Shown piece after piece: positions 46,984-56,049 of a stretch of DNA of 64,000 nucleotides. The DNA is taken from NCBI GenBank assembly GCA_030408475.1, contig JAUHQG010000039.1, forward strand, positions 76-64,075, given 5' to 3'. The DNA comes from Candidatus Amphrikana amoebophyrae (GTDB taxonomy: Bacteria; Chlamydiota; Chlamydiia; Chlamydiales; JACRBE01). The notes beneath the pieces were generated by a model. That model was given only the letters and a program-made list of their open reading frames with translations, was not told the DNA's origin and made no database searches. The position numbers were made by a program, and so were the translations under genes. Every line of letters begins with the position of its first letter. Within the stretch, counting starts at the first letter, position 1.

Positions 46984-48396
46984 ATGGAGAGAAGTATGGA
47001 TGGAGTAAGGCCTAGATCTTCTGCGCTTGCTGCTGTAGCACCTCGTAGAGTAGCAAGCCGAAGTATATTGCCTGAAGAGCTTTTATTAAAGATTTTGGCT
47101 TTTGCTGCAGATAGTCAAAGCTTAACAGCTATTTGCGGAGTGTCGCGATATTTTTATCAATTAGCTAAATTAGACAAGTTTTGGAAAGTGGCCATTTCTT
47201 CTATTTATTTTACTGCGGTCAGTAAGAATCATAGAGATGCTTATATTGTTTGGAAAAAAAGTTTATTGAAAAGATCCATGACAGTAGAACCTGTGGCAGA
47301 ATTAAGAAGGCCATTGTTTTCACCAGTAGAGCAGAGGAGACCAGGGGCAGTAACAGTTAGTGTTAATAGACCGCTTGTCCGGCTGGAATCTTACTATGAT
47401 TTGTCTGTATGTAATGACCTAGCCCTTTGCATTATTTCCCCTCATAAACGATTTAAAGGGTGTAGTTTAGCCCATTTAGGTAAAGAAGGTAAGCTAGATC
47501 GCATGGATGATTTATCTTCACATAAGCATATACAGCTCACTGAATCGGGAAAATGGCTTACTGAGCATGAGCGGAAAGTTAAAGTGTATGACTTATCCTA
47601 TGGAGATTTGGATCATTTCGTTCAATACGATTTAGAGGCAGGAAAATATTTCATAAATGGTCTTGGCCAACTTTTACTTTTAAGAGGTCGGTCTATTTGT
47701 TGCTTTACTTCAGGGCAAACGCAATCGCTCTCTTTGTTATATAAAGATATAAAAGTAATACCAACAGAAGATTCTTTTTTTCTATTTGGTGTAACAAGCG
47801 ATAAAAGTTGTTATTTGTTATCTCGATATGTTTCAGAAGAGAGTAAAGTTGTAATTGTGGCAAGCTTTCCCATTCCAAATTCAAGAGGGCACTATTTAAC
47901 AACATATAAGGGTAATATTTTATGGCTAGCAAATTCTAACATGAGCGAAAACAGCCTGTTTTCGTTAGATTTAGCTAAGATGTTAAAGCTAAAGCATAAC
48001 CTGATTCTAAATAGAGGGTTACGAGCAGAGTTAGATGGTTGTCAAATAACTAATATGAAATTTGACGGCAAGCATTTATCTTGTATTGCAGCGCATATGA
48101 GATTAAGATTAGCCTATACTATTTTAATTGATTATAAGAGTGGGTCAATGCAATTTGATCGTCATGTTTTAAAGACTCCATATCCTGAGCCTTTATTGCC
48201 ATGTGTTATTGCAGGCACAAAAGTGGTTTTAACCCACTTAAATAGAGTAATCGTTTTATCAGATATAACAGAGAAAGCAGATCTCTCGGTCAACTATCAT
48301 TTTGACTATGGAATGCAAGCTATTCAAGTGGTTAAAAATGTATTAGTGGCTGTTGATACTGCAGGTCGACTTCGTATTCATAGACTAGGAAGCTGA
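46984..48396 (+). CDS. F-box domain protein (eukaryote-like), C-terminal region possibly beta-propeller-like
   Basis: Residues ~28-68 (nt 47065-47187) read ILPEELLLKILAFAADSQSLTAICGVSRYFYQLAKLDKFW. This closely fits the F-box consensus LPdELLlkIl..L....L..l..VsK.w..l......W. Confidence 0.65.
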   Translation: MERSMDGVRPRSSALAAVAPRRVASRSILPEELLLKILAFAADSQSLTAICGVSRYFYQLAKLDKFWKVAISSIYFTAVSKNHRDAYIVWKKSLLKRSMTVEPVAELRRPLFSPVEQRRPGAVTVSVNRPLVRLESYYDLSVCNDLALCIISPHKRFKGCSLAHLGKEGKLDRMDDLSSHKHIQLTESGKWLTEHERKVKVYDLSYGDLDHFVQYDLEAGKYFINGLGQLLLLRGRSICCFTSGQTQSLSLLYKDIKVIPTEDSFFLFGVTSDKSCYLLSRYVSEESKVVIVASFPIPNSRGHYLTTYKGNILWLANSNMSENSLFSLDLAKMLKLKHNLILNRGLRAELDGCQITNMKFDGKHLSCIAAHMRLRLAYTILIDYKSGSMQFDRHVLKTPYPEPLLPCVIAGTKVVLTHLNRVIVLSDITEKADLSVNYHFDYGMQAIQVVKNVLVAVDTAGRLRIHRLGS

Positions 48397-48454
48397 AACC
48401 CAAGCTTTTTATTCATTTCTATCTCAAAGAAGTCCCCCTTTTTTTTGCTCACAT

Positions 48455-48487
48455 AACACAACTTGTTTAATATAAACAAGTTGTGTT
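48455..48487 (+). terminator. Perfect 15-bp hairpin (3-nt loop) after the F-box gene
   Basis: The arms aacacaacttgttta (48455-48469) and taaacaagttgtgtt (48473-48487) flank an ata loop, followed by tctttctttta. The arms resemble the ACACAACTTG core of the MITE termini. Confidence 0.5.
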
Positions 48488-48627
48488 TCTTTCTTTTATT
48501 AAAACTATTTCCTTTATTATAATAACAACTTAATTAAAAAACACAGTCTAATTTAATTAACTCTTTGTTTAAAAAAACAATTACATGTGTTATAATTGTT
48601 ATTATATAAACACTTTCTGAGGGGGAA

Positions 48628-49890
48628 ATGGCGTTTTTTAATGCAGAATTATCTACAAGGCAAAAAGCTTCAATTTGGCGATCTGAAGGGCCAAAAACAA
48701 GTCCAAAAGCGGCTAAGTTACAACATTTATTTGATGAAAATAAAGTCGTTGAATATGAAACACTTAGAGGTGATTTTGAGAGCAGAGGATCGAAATTTCG
48801 CTTAACAAAGGGAAAAATCTTTCAAATATTTCCATCTGAAGAAACCATGAATGTGCCTTTGAAGTTTCAAGTGAAGGGTGGATGTATGACTTGGTACATT
48901 GTAGCTCCCATGGATGAAACTCATCAATCATTTAGAGATGAGGTGTATCAAGCAGCAGCCTTAGGCCATCTTACCGTAAAAAATCATTGTGAAAAGTATT
49001 GGAGAGGCACCAATTCATTGCATGTAAAAAAAATGCATACAGATGAAAGTGAATCAATGTTGAATCATAATCACTATAGGGTTAGAGGAGATAGAGATGT
49101 TGGGCCAGAAGATGTACAAGAGCATTTATTTGGTTTTGTTAAAGCTCAATTAGATATGGGCCTTATCGATAGAAATGGTGAACCAAAGTATTTAGGTTTT
49201 AAAGAGGCTAAAGCTATTCTTCATGACTATAAAGTAAGATGGATAAAAGATACTCATGAAGGAGCAGCTACAGAAGTTATTATAGATGGTGAAGTTGTCG
49301 AATTGCCAGATAGAGAACATTCAATTATTTCAGAGTATAAAGCATCTCCCAAACAGAAACTTACTTTAGAAGATAGAGTAGAATGGGAAGAGAATAAGCA
49401 TCTAGAAAAGCCCTGTATTACTATTGGGGATTCTACAACATTAGATGAAAAACGTGTAGCCATTAAAGCAGGTATGCGTGGACTTGGATCACATTTAGCT
49501 CAAACGAGGCAAGTGAAATGGTCAGTTCATAGAAGTATAAATATCGTAGTTAAAAGTGATGATGTGGTTAAGAAAACCGAATTGGTAGCTAGTAGAATAT
49601 TTGATTCAACTTATTCTCAAGGAGACGGAACTGCTGATATGCTTAATGCTGATTTAGATCTAGAAGAAGAAAATTCTAGACTAGGAGCAGCAGCAGGAGG
49701 TGCAGGAGCAGGAGCAGGAGCAGGTTCAAACAGATTCAGTCCAGAAAGTAGACTAAGTAGTACAAGTCCAGAAAGTAGGCTAAGTAGTGCAAGTCCAGAA
49801 AGTAGGCTAAGTGTAGCAAGACCAGAAAAAGTAAAACTTAGTGGAGATGATTATAGTGTAGAAGAAAGTGTTATGAATGCTTCAACTTAA
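48628..49890 (+). CDS. Hypothetical protein with C-terminal Gly/Ala run and three 9-aa SPESRLS(S/V)x repeats
   Basis: The 420-aa ORF has an SD-like gaggggg upstream. No family recognised for the N-terminal ~330 aa. The C-terminus is low complexity. Confidence 0.5.
   Translation: MAFFNAELSTRQKASIWRSEGPKTSPKAAKLQHLFDENKVVEYETLRGDFESRGSKFRLTKGKIFQIFPSEETMNVPLKFQVKGGCMTWYIVAPMDETHQSFRDEVYQAAALGHLTVKNHCEKYWRGTNSLHVKKMHTDESESMLNHNHYRVRGDRDVGPEDVQEHLFGFVKAQLDMGLIDRNGEPKYLGFKEAKAILHDYKVRWIKDTHEGAATEVIIDGEVVELPDREHSIISEYKASPKQKLTLEDRVEWEENKHLEKPCITIGDSTTLDEKRVAIKAGMRGLGSHLAQTRQVKWSVHRSINIVVKSDDVVKKTELVASRIFDSTYSQGDGTADMLNADLDLEEENSRLGAAAGGAGAGAGAGSNRFSPESRLSSTSPESRLSSASPESRLSVARPEKVKLSGDDYSVEESVMNAST
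49738..49818 (+). repeat. 3 x 27-bp in-frame tandem repeat
   Basis: The units are agtccagaaagtagactaagtagtaca, agtccagaaagtaggctaagtagtgca and agtccagaaagtaggctaagtgtagca. They are preceded by a (GCAGGA)n-like Gly/Ala-coding run at about 49686-49724. Confidence 0.9.
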
Positions 49891-49903
49891 ATATGAACAG
49901 CAA

Positions 49904-49949
49904 AATCTTGCCTAATTTTTGAAATGACTGTTACACACAACTTGGGTTT
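49904..49949. repeat. Solo right half of the MITE-like element
   Basis: Its 46 nt are identical to 19660-19705 except for one position (aatcttgcctaatttttgaaatgRctgttacacacaacttgggttt). Confidence 0.65.
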
Positions 49950-50025
49950 TAATATTGAGAATACTGTATTATAAAAGGGTAAAAGGAGAGTCCTTTACCC
50001 TAAAACAATTTATAATCAAGGCTAT

Positions 50026-51129
50026 TTAGTTGTGGAAGAAAAGGATTACATCTCCATCAAGAACTTCGTATTCTTTTCCTTCCGCCCTGGCTACTCCTGC
50101 TTCTTTTGCTAGTGCTCTAGTTCTATGTTTTACTAGATCATTGAATTTCACAACTTCTGCTCGAATAAACCCTTTTTCAATATCAGAGTGAATTTTTCCA
50201 GCCGCTTGCGGCGCTAAACAATGCTTGGGTATGGTCCAGGCTCTTGTCTCTATTTCTCCCGTTGTTAAGAAAGTAATGAGCCCTAATGCATCAAAAGATA
50301 TTCGTATGAGTCGATGAAGACCTGTTTCTTTAACTCCTAGCGACTCTAAAAATTCTTTTGCCTCTTCTTCCTCTAACGAAGCAAGCTCTTCTTCTAGTTT
50401 TGCACACACTTGCACAACTTGCGCATTCGTTGATTGTGCATACTCTTTCACTTTGGCTACATAATCGTTTTCCATTTCAGGAAGAGAATCTTCTGCTACA
50501 TTGGCTAAGTAGATCATTTTCTTCATTGTGAGAAAGTTTAAATGCTTAACATCTTCACGCTCTTCTTTTGTTAATTCAATTGTTGATAGCATCTTGTTTT
50601 CATTAAGATGGGCCAGTAGCTTTTTTAAAGATTCAACAGCTTTAAGTAGCTCTTTGTTGGTTCGCGCTTGCTTCTCCATTTTAACTAAAGCGTTTTCTCC
50701 CATCTGAATATCGGCTAAAATAAGCTCTAAATTGATCACTTCTATATCTTCAATAGGGTTGATTTGTCCTGCGACATGAACTACATCATCGTCATCAAAG
50801 CAACGCACTACATGCACAATAAGATCTGTTTCGCGAATGTTAGAGAGGAATTTATTTCCAAGACCTTCTCCTCCAGATGCCCCTTTTACAAGTCCTGCAA
50901 TATCTACAAATGAAACTGAAGCTGGAACGATTTTTTTCGATTTAGTTAGATCTGATAATACTTGTAATCTTTCATCAGGTAGTTCAACGATACCAACGTT
51001 CGGATCAATAGTGCAGAATGGGTAGTTGGAAGCTGGTATTGATTGCTTAGTTAGCGCATTAAATAGGGTTGATTTACCCACGTTAGGTAAACCTACAAAT
51101 CCACATGATAGTCCAGATAATTTACTCAT
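50026..51129 (-). CDS. ychF: Ribosome-binding ATPase YchF
   Basis: It has [18 protein letters not shown], the G-domain, a TGS-like C-terminus and [10 protein letters not shown]. Confidence 0.93.
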   Translation of the reverse strand: MSKLSGLSCGFVGLPNVGKSTLFNALTKQSIPASNYPFCTIDPNVGIVELPDERLQVLSDLTKSKKIVPASVSFVDIAGLVKGASGGEGLGNKFLSNIRETDLIVHVVRCFDDDDVVHVAGQINPIEDIEVINLELILADIQMGENALVKMEKQARTNKELLKAVESLKKLLAHLNENKMLSTIELTKEEREDVKHLNFLTMKKMIYLANVAEDSLPEMENDYVAKVKEYAQSTNAQVVQVCAKLEEELASLEEEEAKEFLESLGVKETGLHRLIRISFDALGLITFLTTGEIETRAWTIPKHCLAPQAAGKIHSDIEKGFIRAEVVKFNDLVKHRTRALAKEAGVARAEGKEYEVLDGDVILFFHN

Positions 51130-52403
51130 AATTTCACTCCTAATGGTTGTATATATTCATCGACGGTTCTTCCATGAGAACCTACTGCTCTATAGCGGAT
51201 ATGATCTTCGCGGATTTCGACTAGCCAAAAGAAATTGATAAATCCAATTGTTTTAGCAAAATAGTCATTTATAAATGTTTGTATGGGGGTGTGTTGATAA
51301 CAAGGTCCTAAGGCGCCATCACCTAAATAGAGAGTGCCATTTTCATGGATAGCTCCATTTTTAATAAGCTTAGTTCTTTTTAAGCAATGTTCATGATGTT
51401 CAAAGCCGCATGTTAAGTTGTATTTATCAAATAATGGTGCCCAATGTTTTTTAGCAGCTCTAGTTTGTTTAGAAATAAGAATTTCACTTTTCCAGTCTTC
51501 TCCGGTCAATTGAAAAAAGAGATCGGCCGTTTTAAATAGCAATGTCTCTTTACTAAATCTAACGCTTGGATAAATGGGCACATGATAGACTGCAAGTTTG
51601 ATTCTTTTATCTTTATGTCGTTCTAACATTTTGGCGAGCCATTTAGTTTGCTCACCGCCATGTTCAGCTGTATGGCCACTGTCTAAAATAAATAAAACGA
51701 TGTCTTTGCCTAAAGTTTTGGCAAAGTAGTTACGTTTGTAACTGCTTTGTTTGAAGTAGTTGTTAAAAAATGGGGCATTCATTCGCGGTTGATCATAAGC
51801 GCCAAAAACATCGTGATTACCTATGGCTAAAATCATGGGAATACTGCATCCATCTTTCTTGATAATATGAGTTTCAATCATATCAAGCCATTCGTCCCAT
51901 TTTTGATAATCATGAATTGATTCAACAAATCTAGGATAATCACCCCCCATGATAAGGGCATGTGGATGTCGATAGGCTATGACTTTGGCAATTTGTTCTC
52001 CATTATCACAAGTTTCCCAATCGCCTCCAAAAGCGAGGCGCAAGCCTACCGAACTTTCGGGTAATGTTTTAAACTTTATTGTTTTAGTAGAGGTTGAATC
52101 AGGTATTCTAATTACAATTTTATACAAAGAATCAGGATCTAAGTTATGCACAGGTATATGGTGTAAATATCTTGGGGAGATTCCCTTTAAAAAGAGTTTG
52201 CCTTTGCTTTGAATATGATAAACTTGTGTCTCTTTATCGTATAAAGTGACACTAATAGTGTCTGATTGTAGCGAATGAATATTGATAGTAATCGATTTTG
52301 CTGTGTAATCTTTCCAAGTTAAATAGGCGTGCCTAATTGAAGGAGACTTGGAAAAAATAGGGGCTGAAAATATTAGAGCAAAAGATAAGATAATCCATTT
52401 CAT
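51126..52403 (-). CDS. Secreted metallophosphoesterase (purple acid phosphatase-like)
   Basis: It has a signal peptide, an N-terminal FN3-like PAP domain and metallophosphoesterase motifs (GGDWE, GGDYPR, GNHD, HVP, GFEHHEH). It overlaps both neighbours by 4 nt. Confidence 0.75.
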   Translation of the reverse strand: MKWIILSFALIFSAPIFSKSPSIRHAYLTWKDYTAKSITINIHSLQSDTISVTLYDKETQVYHIQSKGKLFLKGISPRYLHHIPVHNLDPDSLYKIVIRIPDSTSTKTIKFKTLPESSVGLRLAFGGDWETCDNGEQIAKVIAYRHPHALIMGGDYPRFVESIHDYQKWDEWLDMIETHIIKKDGCSIPMILAIGNHDVFGAYDQPRMNAPFFNNYFKQSSYKRNYFAKTLGKDIVLFILDSGHTAEHGGEQTKWLAKMLERHKDKRIKLAVYHVPIYPSVRFSKETLLFKTADLFFQLTGEDWKSEILISKQTRAAKKHWAPLFDKYNLTCGFEHHEHCLKRTKLIKNGAIHENGTLYLGDGALGPCYQHTPIQTFINDYFAKTIGFINFFWLVEIREDHIRYRAVGSHGRTVDEYIQPLGVKL

Positions 52404-53095
52404 AACTGCATCAAATGAGTTTGATAGTCAAAGCCTTCAGTGTTTATTTGATCTAGAGTAATACATTGACTTAGATTAAAATTTCCGCTTTTAGTTCGGA
52501 CGAGCTCTGAAAGATGCCCAAAAGAGCCAAGTTTTTCACCTAAATCATGAGCAATGGAGCGGATGTAAGTCCCTTTTGAACACTCTACATTTATTTTAAG
52601 ATAAGGATAGCTGTATTCAACTATTTGGATAGCCATTTGCACCTTAACAGGTTGACGCGCAATTTCTTCGCCTTTGCGGGCTAATTCATATAATTTTTTT
52701 CCATTTACTTTTTTCGCACTAAACATGGGAGGGACTTGATCAACCTCACCTTGGAAGTTTTCAAGTTCTTTTTCGATTGAAGTGAGTGAGGGGATAAGAG
52801 GTGATTCATTTGTGATGATACCATCAATATCGTATGAATCAGTGGATTGTCCTAATTTAATGGTAGCAGAATAAGTTTTATCCATATTCATGAATTCAGC
52901 GGAACGTCGAGTGTAGTTTTTACCTACTAACATGACCATAACACCAGTAGCAAAAGGATCGAGGGTACCGCAATGGCCAATTTTTTTGATCTTAGTAACC
53001 CGTCTCAATACGCTGACTAGAAAAAAAGAACTCTTTTTAGGAGGTTTGTCGATTAGAAAAACTCCTTCTTTTAAAAGCAAATTAGCTTCAATCAT
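52400..53095 (-). CDS. truB: tRNA pseudouridine(55) synthase
   Basis: The catalytic motif is GHCGTLDPFATGVM. Confidence 0.9.
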   Translation of the reverse strand: MIEANLLLKEGVFLIDKPPKKSSFFLVSVLRRVTKIKKIGHCGTLDPFATGVMVMLVGKNYTRRSAEFMNMDKTYSATIKLGQSTDSYDIDGIITNESPLIPSLTSIEKELENFQGEVDQVPPMFSAKKVNGKKLYELARKGEEIARQPVKVQMAIQIVEYSYPYLKINVECSKGTYIRSIAHDLGEKLGSFGHLSELVRTKSGNFNLSQCITLDQINTEGFDYQTHLMQL

Positions 53096-53098
53096 AAT

Positions 53099-53464
53099 TT
53101 AGCTTTCAGTATGTGTTCGAGATTCATCAATTTCTTTTAAAATGGAGTCAATCCGCATATGCTTATCAACAGACTCATCTAAAATAAATTTTAGATGAGG
53201 GAAAAAGCGCATTGTTACTTTCTTTGAAGAAGAAGAGCCTATAAATCCTGCTGCTTGATTAAGAGTAGTAAGAGTTAGTTTTTTCTCTTTTTCATCACCG
53301 ATCACACTTACATATACTTTTGCGTGGTGTAGATCTTTAGAAATGTCCACTTTAGTAATAGTAAGGAGTTCTGAGATGTTAGGGTTTTTCACATCGCGAA
53401 AAACCACTTCAGAAATCACTTCTTTTAAAAGAGAGTTGAGTCTATCACATCTTCTGGATGACAT
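53099..53464 (-). CDS. rbfA: Ribosome-binding factor A
   Basis: The 121-aa protein has an RbfA-like N-terminus (R..R...LLKEVISEV) and sits between infB and truB. Confidence 0.85.
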   Translation of the reverse strand: MSSRRCDRLNSLLKEVISEVVFRDVKNPNISELLTITKVDISKDLHHAKVYVSVIGDEKEKKLTLTTLNQAAGFIGSSSSKKVTMRFFPHLKFILDESVDKHMRIDSILKEIDESRTHTES

Positions 53465-53465
53465 A

Positions 53466-56048
53466 TTATAGCTCCTGATTTACATAAGCAACGCTATAAG
53501 CATCAATTTCATCATCGACTTGATAATCGGAGAATCCTTTTAATAGGATGCCGCACTCAATTCCTTTAGTTACTTCTTTCACATCATCTTGAACACGCTT
53601 CAATGAAGAGAAATTGCCTTCAAAAACTTGTTCCCCTTTTCGCATCAGCCTTGCATAGTTTGAGCGCTTAATAACTCCATCAGTTACGATGCAACCAGCA
53701 ATAACGCCGAGTTGTGAAGATTTAAAGGTTTGTTGCACTCTCGCAGAACCAACTTTAGTCTCTTCGCGCACTTTGTCAAGAAGAGCTGTTAGCCTATCTC
53801 TTACATTGTCAATGAGATGATAAATCACATCAAACAATTCAACTTCAACTTGAAGTTCCTTTAAAAGAGGTTCAGCATGCATTTCAGTAGAGACATGGAA
53901 ACCGATAAGGACAGCATTTGAAGCTGCAGCAAATTGGATATCAGACTCTGAGATATTACCGACATCACTTTTAAGAATATTAATTTCAGCTTTTTCAGAA
54001 TTGATTTTGTTATTTAGTGAGGTTTCTATCGCTTCGATTGAACCGTGAACATCAGTTTTCAAGATAATATTTAGAATCTTCTTCTGCTGTTTTTCAACTT
54101 GCGATTGAAGTAAGCTTTCTAAAGCTCCTTTAGATGAGCGTTTTAGTTTCATTCGAACAGAAACATCACTTCTTTCTTTAGAGAGTTTACGAGCTTCTTT
54201 TTCATTAGCAACAACTATAAAATCGGAACCAGCATCTGGCAAACCAGAAATACCTGTAACTTTTACAGGAACAGAAGGGCCAGCAGACTTAATGATTTTC
54301 CCTTTCTCATCATGTATGGTTTTAATACGTCCCCATACGTTTTCAATGACAAGAGAATCACCTGTTTTTAATGTTCCATTTTGAATAAGTAAGGTAGCCG
54401 TATCTCCTAAACCTTTTTGCATTTGAGATTCAATGACGATGCCACGAGCTCTGAAGCTAGGATTTGCTTTCAATTCTAAGATTTCAGCTTGAAGAAGAAC
54501 TAACTCTAATAGTTCATTTAAACCTTCTTTAGTAAGAGCTGAAACATTAGCTGTAACAATAGAGCCACCCCAAGCTTCTGGTAGAAGGTCGTGATCGGCC
54601 ATTTGACGATAGATTTCTTCAGGATTAAATCCTGGCTTATCGCTCTTGTTAATGGCTACAATCATAGGTGATCCCGCTTCTTTAGCGAGTTCAATAGCCT
54701 CAATAGTTTGTTGCTTAATTCCTTCATCACCAGCGACGACTAATATGATAATATCAGTAGCTGTGGCGCCTCTTTCTCTCATTGAAGTAAAAGCTTCGTG
54801 ACCAGGAGTATCTAATAAAGTGATAGATCCACCAGTTGGAGTTTTACATCTAAAAGCGCCAATATGTTGAGTAATCGCTCCTGCTTCGCCTGAAGCTAGG
54901 TTACTTTCTCTAAAAGCATCAATAAGTGAGGTTTTACCGTGGTCAACATGACCCATAAAAGTAATAATAGGTGATCTTTGTTTAAGCTCAGCTTCTGGAG
55001 ATTCACTAATTTCTTCTTGAATGGTTTTGCCCGTAATTTGAAGTCTTTCTTCTTCAGAAGTATCAATAGTGATAGCACATCCAAACTCATCGCCTAATAG
55101 CTGTACAGTTGTCTCATCATCTAAAAAGTCATTCAGCGTTAAGACAAGACCTTGCATAAAGAGCTTAGCAACCAGTTCAGCAGCTTTTCTCTTCATTTCT
55201 TGAGCTAAGTCTTTAAGAGTGATAGGTAGTTTTATGTGCAAAGCAGTTGGTCTAACAATATCTTCAGGATTGATAACTTTTTTGCGTTTAACTTGTTTGC
55301 GTCTTCTCCAACCACCTTCATCTGAAGATCTCAATCCTTGCCTGTCTCTTGAGTCAAAAGTACTAGATTGCTGAAATTTTTTAAGAGTAGAACTCTCTTT
55401 AAATTCTTTAAACTTAGAAGACTTGCGTTTAGTAGGGGAAGTTTCTTCTCCAGTAGTCTTAGTAGGAGATCTAAAAGCTTTTTGCTTCTTGTCATCTTCA
55501 GTTTTTTCTGAAACAGCAGGAGGATTAGCTTTCTTTTCAGTCTCTTCTTTTTTACGCTTTTCTTCTAATTCTTTGGCTTTTATGGCATCAGCTTGTCTTT
55601 GCTTAAGGCGAGCGGTTTTATCAGTACCAGGTCTAATATAGCCAATTTGGTCTTTAGAAGGAGAAAGGCGAATAGGTTCTCTTTTAGCTTTTGCTTCTTT
55701 ATCAGCTAAAGCTTTAGGCTCTGGCTTTAAAAGAGTAGGAGCATTGGTTGCCTTTTTTTGCATTTTCTTAGCAATCTCTTCAGAATTATCTGGATCTGAC
55801 TTTTTTTCATTGGTCAAGTCAGCAGAAGGAGTATTAGCAGGCTTTTGTGCAGCGACAGGAGCAGGCTCTTTTTTAGGAGCAGGCTTTTCACTTTTCGGGG
55901 CCTCATTTTTAACTTCAGCTTTTAGTGGTTCTTCCTCTTTTTTCTTAGGAGCGGGTTCATCCTTTTTCTTGGAATCTACCTTTTTCGTAAGATTGAGAGC
56001 CTTTGCAAGCTGAGTATTTTTTACTTTTAGTTTTAGGTTTTTAGCCAA
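53466..56048 (-). CDS. infB: Translation initiation factor IF-2
   Basis: The GTPase domain reads RSPIITFMGHVDHGKTSLID, DTPGHEAF and NKSD. The N-terminal region is Lys/Glu/Pro-rich and low complexity. Confidence 0.95.
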   Translation of the reverse strand: MAKNLKLKVKNTQLAKALNLTKKVDSKKKDEPAPKKKEEEPLKAEVKNEAPKSEKPAPKKEPAPVAAQKPANTPSADLTNEKKSDPDNSEEIAKKMQKKATNAPTLLKPEPKALADKEAKAKREPIRLSPSKDQIGYIRPGTDKTARLKQRQADAIKAKELEEKRKKEETEKKANPPAVSEKTEDDKKQKAFRSPTKTTGEETSPTKRKSSKFKEFKESSTLKKFQQSSTFDSRDRQGLRSSDEGGWRRRKQVKRKKVINPEDIVRPTALHIKLPITLKDLAQEMKRKAAELVAKLFMQGLVLTLNDFLDDETTVQLLGDEFGCAITIDTSEEERLQITGKTIQEEISESPEAELKQRSPIITFMGHVDHGKTSLIDAFRESNLASGEAGAITQHIGAFRCKTPTGGSITLLDTPGHEAFTSMRERGATATDIIILVVAGDEGIKQQTIEAIELAKEAGSPMIVAINKSDKPGFNPEEIYRQMADHDLLPEAWGGSIVTANVSALTKEGLNELLELVLLQAEILELKANPSFRARGIVIESQMQKGLGDTATLLIQNGTLKTGDSLVIENVWGRIKTIHDEKGKIIKSAGPSVPVKVTGISGLPDAGSDFIVVANEKEARKLSKERSDVSVRMKLKRSSKGALESLLQSQVEKQQKKILNIILKTDVHGSIEAIETSLNNKINSEKAEINILKSDVGNISESDIQFAAASNAVLIGFHVSTEMHAEPLLKELQVEVELFDVIYHLIDNVRDRLTALLDKVREETKVGSARVQQTFKSSQLGVIAGCIVTDGVIKRSNYARLMRKGEQVFEGNFSSLKRVQDDVKEVTKGIECGILLKGFSDYQVDDEIDAYSVAYVNQEL

Positions 56049-56049
56049 A

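Noticed and set aside
48596-48805. 69-aa ORF overlapping the start of the 420-aa gene
   Set aside because: It is out of frame with the much longer ORF, which has a good SD (gaggggg).
49738-49818. Regular 27-bp direct repeats, considered as a possible CRISPR-like array
   Set aside because: The repeats are contiguous without spacers and in frame within a long ORF, so they are a coding tandem repeat.
55423-56013. ORFs of 72 and 89 aa antisense to infB
   Set aside because: They arise from the Lys/Glu/Pro-rich low-complexity region of IF-2 read on the opposite strand.
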